54,775 nucleotides of DNA. It comes from Candidatus Heimdallarchaeota archaeon (GTDB lineage: Archaea; Asgardarchaeota; Wukongarchaeia; Wukongarchaeales; JBHIFL01). The notes below the pieces were generated by a model. The model ran no database searches. It had not been told where the DNA came from and was given only the letters and a program-made list of their open reading frames with translations. The stretch covers positions 1 through 54,775 of the forward strand of contig JBHIFL010000019.1 of the NCBI GenBank assembly GCA_046761065.1. Direction: 5' to 3'. Position 1 is the first letter of the stretch; each line of letters starts with the position of its first letter. The position numbers and the translations under genes were made by a program. Below, one piece after another: positions 9,367 through 19,495 of the stretch.

Positions 9367-10086
9367 TTAAATATAAATTCGTCGAAGGTCGCTCGGTTCT
9401 CCTTTATCTTCTTGACTTTGCAATCGTGTCTCTTCTAACTCTCTTTCAATTCGCGCCGCATCCTCAATAAGACGCGTAGTATCAACATCTACTCCGATGA
9501 ATCTTGTAAGATCCTTAATAACCACTGATGCCGCAAAGGGATCCGGTCGTATAGGATCTGCATAGGCGAGTATTGCGATTGCGGGTATACCCCTTAGCTC
9601 ACAAAAACCCAATGTGAGAGCTAAAGGACCTGCCACTAAGAGACCAGGTTCTAATAAAGCCGTTTTAAAGGAAACTCCTTCATTTGGAAACTTCGAAGTA
9701 GGAACATAGCGAATATCGCCTTGGGATACTTTTTTTAATCTAGCATCTACCCCTCCTGCAAGAAAGACCCGTCGAAAGCCCACTTCGCTGATCCAATCGA
9801 CTAACGACTCTACAAATTGATGTTGATGTTGATAAGGTTGAAAATGGGTTACAAGGGAGATCAAATTTTCCTTTGCATATATTTCGAAAGGAAATACAAT
9901 CATTCGCCCTTTCAAAGAGATGAAAGGTGGGAAACCATCTTCGGGAATAACGACCCCAATCCTTTTAGCTCCAGTTTCTTCGCCAATATGCCGTACAACG
10001 AGATATCCGACTCGTCCAAGTCCATGAAAACCTACCAAAAAATCTTTCCCTTGAAACTTTTCTTCTATATCAAAAATAAATTGCAA
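9367..10086 (-). CDS. Proteasome assembly chaperone PAC2 family protein
   Basis: GFHGLGRVG..PFEIY..GPLAL..RPDPFAA..LIEDAARIE. Confidence 0.85.
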   Translation of the reverse strand: MQFIFDIEEKFQGKDFLVGFHGLGRVGYLVVRHIGEETGAKRIGVVIPEDGFPPFISLKGRMIVFPFEIYAKENLISLVTHFQPYQHQHQFVESLVDWISEVGFRRVFLAGGVDARLKKVSQGDIRYVPTSKFPNEGVSFKTALLEPGLLVAGPLALTLGFCELRGIPAIAILAYADPIRPDPFAASVVIKDLTRFIGVDVDTTRLIEDAARIERELEETRLQSQEDKGEPSDLRRIYI

Positions 10087-10405
10087 TTTGCATTCACCTT
10101 TATTATATTTCTAGGGGAAGACACTACTCTTGTAGTGGTGATAAGTCCCGTTAGACTAAAGATGGTTGGTTCTCTTCATATACCTGTGGATACCCTCCTT
10201 ATTTTCCAGTCATTTCCTTGTTATAACTCTACACTCAAAATTTATCCCCAATTCTTCTCTTTATTCTAAGATATATGCTCCTTCGGCTCTTTTCTCCTGC
10301 TACTACATAGCTACTACAAATCGGGCTTCTAATACGCTACTTTGCTTTGGTGAGAAGGTGAATGGTGCTTTCATTATGCAACCACTAGATCATTAAGGAA
10401 CTCAA

Positions 10406-10990
10406 GTGAACTATTCCATCCTTAGGGACGGAGCTTCTCCCATCGCGTTATGAGTTCCATTTTATGCGAAATTTGCTGTGGGGGATCGGGATGGGTTCAC
10501 GGCCGCCCTATCTCGTAGGATATGCCCAAAAAGCCTGTTCAGAATATTTCACGCCCCATTCAGGTCGGCGTTATAATCTAACCCACAGGCACAGGGGAAT
10601 TGCCTCTTGGTTCATAGGTCTTTAGTGCGACAACAACGACTTAGCTGGGAACTGTAGGCTTCATTCATGAGGAGCCCCAGAATGTCTTCCCACAAGGCTG
10701 GATATGCGATCTCGGTGTTGATTTGGAACGAGGGCATGGGATGAAGGTAGCGATTATTCTTCTGACATCAGCGTGTTCCTTACCTCCATGGGATCTCGTG
10801 GTTCTTCAAGTCGTTGACAACGATTATTACCTGGTATGTGTCCTCCCTGAGTTCTTTTACTTTGTCCATTAAGGGAGAAATGATAGGATGTCCATTGAAA
10901 TATGTCGCCGGGGATCCACTGATATGGATTGATTCCAAAAGTTGATAAACTTCCTCGAGGTAGAACATGAATGGTTGAAACAATATTCAA
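10406..10990 (-). pseudogene. tnpB: Decayed IS200/IS605 tnpB 3' part with right end
   Basis: Minus-strand fragments IIVVNDLKN, LHPMPSFQINTEIAYPALW..NEAYSSQ, CACGLDYNADLNGA*NI, followed by right-end motif GAAGCTCCGTCCCTAAGGATGGAATAGTTCAC. Confidence 0.8.
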
Positions 10991-10999
10991 TGCACTACA

Positions 11000-11341
11000 T
11001 GACCCTCTGCACCATACCTTCTTTTCGGATCGAATTCCAATTGGAATATAAAACCCAGAGGGAATGTCTCCTTCTCTTCATGAATGAGTCCAATACTTCC
11101 CATCGAAGCCACCTGTACAAGGCTAAAGATGTATGCGCGAAGAGACAATTGCACTATGTCTGTGTCTTGGAATATAATGCGAATTTGAATAGCGCGTAGA
11201 ATATCCTCAACTGGCCTATCAGGTATATCATGCGAGATAGAACCACTCTAAATCTGTACAGAACCCCAAAACGAACATAGGTTTAGATAAGGCACAATTA
11301 ATGATGAGGAAAGCTCCTTCCCTCGGAGTGGAGTAGTTCAC
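11000..11341 (+). pseudogene. tnpB: Second decayed tnpB 3' part with right end, divergent orientation
   Basis: IPSFRIEFQLEYKT..NESNTS..CVLEYNANLNSA*NI, followed by right end AAAGCTCCTTCCCTCGGAGTGGAGTAGTTCAC (11310-11341). Confidence 0.8.
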
Positions 11342-11418
11342 ACTATCAAATACCCGATAAAAAAGTATTAAAAACCTCTTTAATCATTCCATCCTAGCCA
11401 TGAGATAACTATTCCTAA

Positions 11419-11593
11419 GCGGGGGTCTCCGAGCCAGGTCAACGCTCAGATCTACCGAGTGGCCTATAAGGAGCAGGACTGTCCATTTCCAATCTGGAAA
11501 GATAAGGGTCTAGAGGCTCCTGTGTGGTAGCACTTCGAGGGTTCAAAAAGAAAATAAAAAAATCTTTTCTGGAAAATCCCTCCCCCCGCACCA
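11419..11593 (+). tRNA. tRNA-Leu(GAG) with three BHB introns (11442-11467 at 20b/21; 11482-11513 at 34/35; 11548-11576 at 59/60); CCA encoded
   Basis: Acceptor GCGGGGG/CCCCCGC-A-CCA. After canonical BHB cuts: GCGGGGGTCTCCGAGCCAGGTCAAAGGAGCAGGACT-GAG-GCTCCTG, long variable arm, GAGGGTTCAAATCCCTC. Confidence 0.9.
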
Positions 11594-11887
11594 TTACATA
11601 CCCATCACAAGAAATCTCATAGATTATTTTTTCATTTTTGAATAATCAATTAATCAAGTAGTGAACTATAGAGAATTTATTCGAGGCATTTATTTGGCAA
11701 TTGAGTATTATTAAATTTTTTAAAAAGCATTTTATTTTCAGATAACTCGGTCACTTGGGAGAGAAATTTAATAGGTTAAATGGGTCAGAATAGACTTTTA
11801 ACAAATTATTTTATGCGAATGAGCTATTATTCGTGTAGTAAGAAAATATTCGAGGGTAAAAGTCTCATATTTTATTTAGGGGTATGC

Positions 11888-12982
11888 ATGAAATCAATTT
11901 TTCACCGACACTTACAAAATACGATACAAGACCCCCACCAGTGTGAGGAGTGTGGTGGGACTCTGATCCAAACAAGTTCGGGTATCACATGTTCCCAATG
12001 TGGATTGGTAAATTTCCAGATGTTTGATGATCCATTATTGAAAATTTCAGAAAGGGACGAAGAGGAGACTGGGGCATTTTCTTATTATGGAGAAAGATCT
12101 CACATCGTTGATGGGATGGGAAGTTTTGTCAGTTATTATGGCGTGAAAACCTTGAGAGATGCCAAGGGAAAAAGACTTAGTCGTGCCAATGAACAAAGGT
12201 TCTTGCGACTCAAGAGGATTAATGATCTTCAATTACATACAATGAACCGGGAATCAGATTATCGAGCGCTCATGGTTCTTAATCGAATGACAAGCTCATT
12301 TCAATTAACAAAGCAAATTCGAGGTCGTGCTGCATATCTGCTTCGTGTTATGATACCATTTATAGATAAAAGCCCAGGATTAAACCGAATCATCTTAGTG
12401 GCAACGGCACTTTACATTTCAATGAGGGAAAATCCTGATGGGAATCCCATCACCCTAACCGAGTTGGTAGAGGGTTTCAAAAAGCAAGGTCATCGTATTT
12501 CAAAAAAAATAATTGTTCGGGCATTATGGACCCTCCGACCAAAGCTTTCAAGAACTTTGGATTTTAATAAAATATTGTCGAAAAGTCAGGATTATATTGC
12601 AACAGTCCTCTACAAGCTCCAAATCGCAGATAAAATAAAAAGGCGGATTAATACACGAAATGTTGATGAACAAAAATATTACCAATCTCTTTTAAAGGAA
12701 ACACGAGATTTACTTCAACGAATTCCTTATCAAGTGCGAGGAGGGCGAAATCCATATATTTTTACAGTGAGTGCCGTGTACGCCGCGGATCACATTATTT
12801 CTCGAAGAGAATTAAAAATTCGCCCTGTTCTTTCGCAAAAAGTAATAGCTGAGGCCACAAATGTTGCAGAATACAGTGTTCGAGATCATTTTGCTCAAGT
12901 CATTTCGAAGTATTTAGATATGAACCCAGGTTCCCAATACAAAGAGAAATTGAGCGGTAGGCATGCTCCTAGCAGGGTTTAG
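11888..12982 (+). CDS. Divergent transcription initiation factor IIB (TFB)-like protein
   Basis: N-terminal Zn ribbon CEECGG..CSQCGLV. Cyclin-like repeats (VATALYISMRE..PITLTEL; GRNPYI..SAVY..LSQKVIAEATNVAEYSVR). Confidence 0.8.
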   Translation: MKSIFHRHLQNTIQDPHQCEECGGTLIQTSSGITCSQCGLVNFQMFDDPLLKISERDEEETGAFSYYGERSHIVDGMGSFVSYYGVKTLRDAKGKRLSRANEQRFLRLKRINDLQLHTMNRESDYRALMVLNRMTSSFQLTKQIRGRAAYLLRVMIPFIDKSPGLNRIILVATALYISMRENPDGNPITLTELVEGFKKQGHRISKKIIVRALWTLRPKLSRTLDFNKILSKSQDYIATVLYKLQIADKIKRRINTRNVDEQKYYQSLLKETRDLLQRIPYQVRGGRNPYIFTVSAVYAADHIISRRELKIRPVLSQKVIAEATNVAEYSVRDHFAQVISKYLDMNPGSQYKEKLSGRHAPSRV

Positions 12983-12999
12983 GATCGAAGAGGGGCACG

Positions 13000-14517
13000 A
13001 TGGATCGGATTCACCTTGTGGACGAATATCCTGTGGCTCCTTATACTATTCAAATTTATAGTGGGTCACCTACAAAGTCCCTTGAAAAGCTATATGTGCC
13101 CCGTCTTGCACTAGGAAAAAGCCAAGACTTGCTTTTTCTTGATAAAATAAAAAAAGAGACCATAACAAGATTGAAGAGCTTTCAAAAAGCCCCTTATATT
13201 GTGAAACTTGAGGAGTTATCGACAGAACTTGATTATTTGATTAAAAAAGTAGTTGAAGACTTGAACATTAAAATAGACCTGTTTCTATTAAGATTTATCC
13301 GTTATCAAATCTTAGGCTTTTCTAAAATTTTGCCCCTTCTCCTTGATCAACATATTGAAGAAATCTATCTTGATAATCTCCAAACTCCTATATATGTTGA
13401 CCATGCGCAATGGGGGCGTTGTCAAACCAATATTTATCTAGCTAATGAAGACGCCCAGCGACTTATCACCCGCGCTAGAATCGAAGGAAATGCGCCCCTT
13501 AATCGGGGGAACCCCTCTTTAAAGACCGATCTGGTGACTCAAGATTTTACCACTCGAATAAGCATTGATATGGCCCCTTTGGTCATTGAAGGGATTCATT
13601 TCGACATTAGAAAGTTGTCATTACAGCCCCGGACACTTCAGGATCTTATTCAAAATCAGACACTCCCTCCTATCGTTGCTGCCTATCTCGTCTTCCTTCT
13701 CTTGCATCGTTGTAATATTGCTGTCATTGGTGAACCGGGATCTGGTAAGACAACCCTGATGAACGCTTTAGATTTATTAACTCCACGTCATTGGCGAAAA
13801 ATCACTATTGAAGATATAATCGAAAGTATTGATCAATCAAAATTGGGGTTTCATCAAGTGCGATTTAAAGTGGATCCTATAGAAAAAGAGCGCAAAACCA
13901 GCACAAAGAGTTTGGAGATAGTAAAACTTCTTCACAGATCCCCAGACTGGGTCTACCTTGGAGAGATACAGACAGAAGAACAGACTAAAGCCCTCTTTCA
14001 TGCGTTATCGACTGGGTTGAGAGGGATTTTCTCCTATCATGCCACCTCTCCTGAGCATCTTGTGATTCGTTCTACTGCACACTATAAAATCCCCCCCATT
14101 TCTCTCCATGCTTTAGATGTTATTGTACAAATGAAGAAAACATGGAAAAAAAATAAGTTACGACGTTTTGTTTACCGAATTTCTGAGATAGGAGAACTTC
14201 CAGAAGAGCAACTATCAACCGGTTTGCAAAACGCTTTCATTGAGATTAAGGATATTTTCAGGTTTCAACCCAGCACGTCTCAACTAGAACGGGTGGCAGA
14301 TCTTTACACAACCCCCACCCTCGAGCAGATTAAAACGGAACTATATATTAATAAAACCTCATTTTATAAAAAACTCAAAGCATTAAGTGGAACGCTTTCA
14401 GTCTCATATCAAACTGAAAATTTAAACCGAGACCTGAATAGAAAAATCAGAAAAGTAAACTATAATTTACCACAATTACTATTAAATATAATACACAACG
14501 AGGGAGGAAAATCTTAA
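13000..14517 (+). CDS. Type II/IV secretion (type IV pilus assembly) ATPase, TadA/UpsE-like
   Basis: PLLLDQHIEEI, Walker A GEPGSGKTT, Asp box ITIED..E, HRSPDWVYLGEI, His box GLRGIFSYHA. Confidence 0.9.
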   Translation: MDRIHLVDEYPVAPYTIQIYSGSPTKSLEKLYVPRLALGKSQDLLFLDKIKKETITRLKSFQKAPYIVKLEELSTELDYLIKKVVEDLNIKIDLFLLRFIRYQILGFSKILPLLLDQHIEEIYLDNLQTPIYVDHAQWGRCQTNIYLANEDAQRLITRARIEGNAPLNRGNPSLKTDLVTQDFTTRISIDMAPLVIEGIHFDIRKLSLQPRTLQDLIQNQTLPPIVAAYLVFLLLHRCNIAVIGEPGSGKTTLMNALDLLTPRHWRKITIEDIIESIDQSKLGFHQVRFKVDPIEKERKTSTKSLEIVKLLHRSPDWVYLGEIQTEEQTKALFHALSTGLRGIFSYHATSPEHLVIRSTAHYKIPPISLHALDVIVQMKKTWKKNKLRRFVYRISEIGELPEEQLSTGLQNAFIEIKDIFRFQPSTSQLERVADLYTTPTLEQIKTELYINKTSFYKKLKALSGTLSVSYQTENLNRDLNRKIRKVNYNLPQLLLNIIHNEGGKS

Positions 14518-14543
14518 TCTGTTTATATTAAGCTTATAGAAAA

Positions 14544-16040
14544 GTGAAACGGGGAAAGTCACGGAATATGTTCTTGATGAAGCGTATTTTAAGAAGGCTT
14601 GGCTTTATTCCCCTTGGCGCCCTTTGCCAAAAAACTTCTCAGGAAAAATATATTGATCAATACTTGGAGGAAACATTTGGTATTAATAAAAGAACCTTTA
14701 CAAATAGTTTAATTACTCTACTATTATTATCCTCTTTGTTGATGGGAAGCCTTCTTCTTTTAAGTGGAAAATCACTTATAACCAGCTCTTTAGTCTCACT
14801 TGTCTTTTTTCTTTTTTTAATAAAAATTATCGATCATCTAATTCATACTTCTTATGAGTTACAGCGAACCAGAAAAGATATCACTTCGATTCTTGTTTTA
14901 GCCGAAATTTGGGCAGTTTGGGAGATTACTGGATCTATTTTTGATCTAATTCGATATATAACTCGAGGAAATTATCCAGAACTTTGTGAAAAATGGCAAC
15001 AGCTTCTCATAGACATCAATCTTGGCATGGATCCGGAGAAATCTCTTAGGAAGTTTTTTAAAAAAAATCAATATTTCGAGCTTGATCATGTAATTACTAT
15101 CCTACTTCACAGATCAACACCAGATGAAGCAATTTCCTTAAAGATTGAGGAAATCAAGAGGAATCTCCATGCCCGCTATTTATCAGGATTACAAAAACTC
15201 TCAGATCTGACCTCATTGATAATCGGAGCCAACGGAATTTTACCAATTAGTCTAATTTTAATCTTTTTGATTGCTGGTTTGGGAAATACTCCATTGATCA
15301 TGATCATTCCCACTCTAACAACGTTTCTTACGGCACTTGTTCTTCATCTTGGATTTCAAAACTTCTTTTTAGATCAGTCAAAAGAACACATACTCCAAGA
15401 GAATGAACTCGGTTGGTTTTTATTAAATCTCGGGAGAAAACTCGAAAAAATAGATTGCCAAGAGATTGCTCTCACAGATTTATTATTCGAAGAGGATACT
15501 TCATTCAAAATTGACTCCGAAACCATGGCAGATATTGTATATAACTTGGAAAATACACCACTTCTTGAAAAAACCTTTAATAAATTCCCAAACATCCGTA
15601 ATACAGCACGATTATGTGATAAATTCCTAACACTAGATGTTAGAATTGCTGCCAATAGCATTAAAAAGATTGGTGCCACATTAAATGAGAATAGTTCAAT
15701 TAAAATAAAAGTCCAAAAAGCTATTGATGCTGAGAAGAACCGTATAAAAATGATTCAAGCAATAAATGCTCCAATATTGGGGCTTTTAATATCTATAACC
15801 CCTATACTTTCGCTTATAGGAAATGTTCGCGACTTAGGGAGCCCAAACCTATTGATTTTTCCAAATATCACCCCTTGGTGGGGCCTAATGGCATCAGTAA
15901 GTATTATAATATTAGGGGGCATATACACGCTTAGGAAGCTTTCAGGCAAGACACTAGATACTGTTCAGCTCGGCTTTAATCTCATTCTATTTGTCAGCGC
16001 CTTTTATATCGGTACAAGCTTTATATCTCAACTTTACTGA
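14544..16040 (+). CDS. Type II secretion F / TadC-like membrane platform protein
   Basis: Several hydrophobic segments; DINLGMDPEKSL motif typical of T2SSF; directly downstream of the ATPase. Confidence 0.7.
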   Translation: MKRGKSRNMFLMKRILRRLGFIPLGALCQKTSQEKYIDQYLEETFGINKRTFTNSLITLLLLSSLLMGSLLLLSGKSLITSSLVSLVFFLFLIKIIDHLIHTSYELQRTRKDITSILVLAEIWAVWEITGSIFDLIRYITRGNYPELCEKWQQLLIDINLGMDPEKSLRKFFKKNQYFELDHVITILLHRSTPDEAISLKIEEIKRNLHARYLSGLQKLSDLTSLIIGANGILPISLILIFLIAGLGNTPLIMIIPTLTTFLTALVLHLGFQNFFLDQSKEHILQENELGWFLLNLGRKLEKIDCQEIALTDLLFEEDTSFKIDSETMADIVYNLENTPLLEKTFNKFPNIRNTARLCDKFLTLDVRIAANSIKKIGATLNENSSIKIKVQKAIDAEKNRIKMIQAINAPILGLLISITPILSLIGNVRDLGSPNLLIFPNITPWWGLMASVSIIILGGIYTLRKLSGKTLDTVQLGFNLILFVSAFYIGTSFISQLY

Positions 16041-16074
16041 AAAACCCCCTCGTTAAGAATCATTAAAGAATTAA

Positions 16075-16180
16075 TGGTGCCCCGTGGGGGATTTTCCCCG
16101 AAACACACAATGTTTCGATTTTGAACCCCCGTCGCGAGATCGAGAGTCTCGCATGCTTGACCGTGCTACACCAACGGGGC
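16075..16180 (-). tRNA. tRNA-Glu(CTC) with a 28-nt BHB intron at 59/60 (16092-16119); CCA encoded
   Basis: Reverse complement: GCCCCGT..CGAGA-CT-CTC-GA-TCTCG..GGGGGTTCAAA[ATCGAAACA..TGTTTCGGGGAAAA]TCCCCCACGGGGCACCA. Confidence 0.93.
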
Positions 16181-16568
16181 TTTACACTTTCGGTTTTTTA
16201 GATATAATTTTATTTTTTCAATTATACCTATCAATTGAGGTGAAAACCCTTTTAATATCACAGATAGTGGACCTCCAATTCTAAAACTTTTGAAGATCCT
16301 ACCTCTAAAAACACTGCTTTGATACAAAACTGATAGGCTAGATTATCTAGGTTTCCTCCTTAAATGTTCCTTTATTAACTTTGTTTTATTTAATCTGTCC
16401 ATATTTTAGCTTATTGTGAATCATTTGAAGTGAGTGGATATTCCTATTTTAAAAACGCATTCAAATCCTCTATGAACAAAAAATCTATCTGAGTCCTTGA
16501 AATCCAACTCTTGAAGATTGAAGTCTAGTGTGTGACTTATAGATTTTTTATTTTTTAAACATTGAAAG

Positions 16569-17294
16569 TTATGCAAGACTTTTAGTGTTTTTAAAGGATA
16601 TTATGCGGCGTAAAAGCCCAATAAGTGTATGAAGTTCTCGCCCCGTTAAATAACTTCGCCCCAAGATGCTTTTAAAAACCATTCTAGCAATCTGTTGTTT
16701 GTGAGCTGGATACTTAATTCGTTCAAGGAGATTCATAAAGACATTTAATGCAACCTTTTTTTCCATTCTATTCCCAAGCCGATATTTTTTGGGAGTGAAG
16801 GGGATCCAAGCTCTATAAAGAACGTACAAAACAATTGCTACAGCGTTCACTAAATTCAGTGTTGAATAGCTTGAGGCGGTAGGTATTGTCATCACTACAT
16901 CACATTGCTCTAATTCAATATTTGTAAGACCAGAATCTTCCCTACCGAATATAATGGCAATTTCCCCACGATAATCACAGAGAGGAATAAGTTCTTCTGG
17001 AGGGATAGCTATACGTTGGAGATTATAATCACCACCAATATTGGAAGTTGTTCCAATGGCTAGATCCATGTTTTCTATTGCACTTTTAAGAGAAAAAGTG
17101 ATCTCAGCCGAGTCTAATACTTCCTGAGCATGCATGGCAAAGCGTCTAGTGATTTCAGCATCTAAATCCACTTGAGAATTGACTAGCACAAGCGAACACA
17201 TATCAAAGTTCTTAATCACACGTGCGATAGCTCCTACACTCATTTCATATTTTGGTTCTACTAGCACTATATGAAATCGAGGGGTTTTTTGCAT
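16569..17294 (-). CDS. trmJ: SPOUT tRNA methyltransferase TrmJ family
   Basis: IVLVEPK..GAIARVIKNF..AMHA..IFGREDSGLTN..LNLVNAV. Confidence 0.9.
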   Translation of the reverse strand: MQKTPRFHIVLVEPKYEMSVGAIARVIKNFDMCSLVLVNSQVDLDAEITRRFAMHAQEVLDSAEITFSLKSAIENMDLAIGTTSNIGGDYNLQRIAIPPEELIPLCDYRGEIAIIFGREDSGLTNIELEQCDVVMTIPTASSYSTLNLVNAVAIVLYVLYRAWIPFTPKKYRLGNRMEKKVALNVFMNLLERIKYPAHKQQIARMVFKSILGRSYLTGRELHTLIGLLRRIISFKNTKSLA

Positions 17295-17367
17295 ATTGCC
17301 ACCTCAAAAATGCACATCGAAAAGAATAAACAATATTATAAATCGTTCAATCCTAGAATTTTTCGTC

Positions 17368-18291
17368 TTATAGCTGTAAAATTTCGGTGAAAGAAATTCC
17401 ATGAGATTGAAAGGAAACATGTAAATTATTAAATAACTGCAAGATTTCATGAGAATAAAGATGTAAAGGGCGTTTATCTTGCATCATGAGAAGATAAAGT
17501 ACTTTCTCAACTAGACAACTAATATGCTTGCCGTGACGCTTGAAATAAGGAATTAAATTGTTCACAACTTTTTTGTTTTTCCTAGAGAACAAAAGGGTAA
17601 GAAATTTTTCAAACAGATCTAAATTGATCTTAGGGATGTCTCTCCGAGGAGTTATCTTGACAATAGCAGATGTAATGTTTGGGGAGGGAAAGAACGCCTC
17701 CCGGCTTAGTTTGCGTAGCAATGTTGTTTTAAAAAAAAGGGTAGATTGAACGGAAATCCGGCTATATTCACGATCTCCAGCAGATGCTAGTAATCGTTGG
17801 GCGAATTCGAGTTGATATGTTATTATAGCTTCACTGAATTTTTCCCGAGTTAACTTCAATGTAATTGGACTTGAGATTTGATATGGTAGGTTGGAAACTA
17901 ATTTGTCAAACTGAGGCCATTCTATATTACAAGCATCTCCTGGGAGAATTACAACATTACTGAAATCTCTTAATAAAATCGACAAAATTTCAATCAAATT
18001 GTGATCATTTTCAATTATTATTAACTGTTTTGCTTTTGAAGCTAAAAATAATGATAGGGTACCGATCCCCCCCCCAATTTCCATGATAATTTCATCCGAC
18101 TTAGGATTGGTATTTAAAAGTATAAATTTAAGAACTTCGGGGTTAATGAGAAAATGTTGTCCCTTTTTTCGCCGAGGTCGAAATCCATAAGCTGAAAGGA
18201 TGTTCTTGGTAAATTGCAGCAATTCAGATTTTGTAATTTGATCTGGATCACATGGGAGTAGACTTCTTGCGAGCTCAATTCGATTCTGCAA
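17368..18291 (-). CDS. ksgA: 16S rRNA m6,2A methyltransferase KsgA/Dim1
   Basis: GQHFL..EIGGGIGTLS..VSNLPYQISSP..QLEFAQRL. Confidence 0.93.
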   Translation of the reverse strand: MQNRIELARSLLPCDPDQITKSELLQFTKNILSAYGFRPRRKKGQHFLINPEVLKFILLNTNPKSDEIIMEIGGGIGTLSLFLASKAKQLIIIENDHNLIEILSILLRDFSNVVILPGDACNIEWPQFDKLVSNLPYQISSPITLKLTREKFSEAIITYQLEFAQRLLASAGDREYSRISVQSTLFFKTTLLRKLSREAFFPSPNITSAIVKITPRRDIPKINLDLFEKFLTLLFSRKNKKVVNNLIPYFKRHGKHISCLVEKVLYLLMMQDKRPLHLYSHEILQLFNNLHVSFQSHGISFTEILQL

Positions 18292-18490
18292 ATTATTTTC
18301 AGTCCTTTAATTATATTCCTTCATTTCAACCCAGAAAAGTTTCTTTATCTATTAATGAAGAAAGAATTAATCTTCTAACTGTCTTTAGGTTCTTAGGTAA
18401 TACAATTCATTCAGCAGATTAAAAAGATAATAAGAATAATATAGCTAAAAAGGATCCAATTCTAACTAAAATTGTGAAAGGCTTCAAACT

Positions 18491-19099
18491 TTATTCTGGT
18501 GGGGTGAAGAGTCTATATTTTTCATTTCCTTCAAGTTCTGATAAGATTCGCCCCCAAATTATTTTTTGGGGGTCAGATATGCCACATCTTTTACTTAAAT
18601 CAGAATAATCAACGAATGGGGCCTTTTTTCGCTCTTCAATTATACGCCACATATTTTTCTTTCCAATTCCTGGTAGGAGTTCTAATTGGTGCATTCTGGG
18701 AGTGATTGGGACTGCTGAATTGAAGAAATCAATGAAGTCGGCCTCTCGTTTTGTTAAAATGGTTTTGATAACATTTGGTAATTCAGATTTCGCTGTGAAA
18801 GTTAAATCATTTGCTTTTAATCGTCTCTTAACATGATTTACCACATCTCGCCCACCTCGTCCGATCTTGATCCGATCTAATGGTTGTAAACTTTGATTAC
18901 GTTTCACAATCAGCTCTAAAAGAGTAAAGAATGATTCACCAATAGCCTGAATTATTGGTTCACGTTGATGACGTGAACGTGGATCTGAAGGATAACCCTC
19001 AGGAAGGAAATCCAAGACATAAACAAATTCTTCATATTTTTTTCTTTTTTCAGGTCTGCGAGCACTTTTCAATATTTTCAACTCTTCTAGTACTGACAT
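18491..19099 (-). CDS. DUF655 family putative RNA-binding protein
   Basis: YEEFVYVLDFL..QAIGESFFTLLEL..RMHQLELLPGIGKK; conserved position next to rpo4. Confidence 0.9.
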   Translation of the reverse strand: MSVLEELKILKSARRPEKRKKYEEFVYVLDFLPEGYPSDPRSRHQREPIIQAIGESFFTLLELIVKRNQSLQPLDRIKIGRGGRDVVNHVKRRLKANDLTFTAKSELPNVIKTILTKREADFIDFFNSAVPITPRMHQLELLPGIGKKNMWRIIEERKKAPFVDYSDLSKRCGISDPQKIIWGRILSELEGNEKYRLFTPPE

Positions 19100-19135
19100 A
19101 AATAATGAAGTAGGACAAATAACCCAAATAGGAGA

Positions 19136-19471
19136 TTAATCCACTTCTTCGATATATTTAAAGATCGCATTGAGCTTGGTCCGATCCAAGTTAGGATATC
19201 GCTCAGAGATAATACTTTTGAGCTCTTCTAATGTTTCAGGAAGTATATTACAAATTTGAACAGCCGACTCCAAATCCAAGTCAAAATCAGCCTGTAATCT
19301 TGCGATTAGACGAGATGCTTGATCTGCACTCAATCGGGAAAATTTTGTTGCATGATCAAGAGCAACACGCTGGGTATAATTAAAATTCCCATCTTCTGCG
19401 CGTTGTTCCAACATCGCCTTTACTTCCGAGATAGCCAAAGGCTTTTGTTTCAAAATCTTTCTGGGCACCAC
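19136..19471 (-). CDS. rpo4: RNA polymerase subunit Rpo4 (RpoF)
   Basis: YTQRVALDHATKFSRL..AVQICNILPETLEELKSI. Confidence 0.92.
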   Translation of the reverse strand: MVPRKILKQKPLAISEVKAMLEQRAEDGNFNYTQRVALDHATKFSRLSADQASRLIARLQADFDLDLESAVQICNILPETLEELKSIISERYPNLDRTKLNAIFKYIEEVD

Positions 19472-19495
19472 TTCGCCTCCTTAAATTCAATGGTG

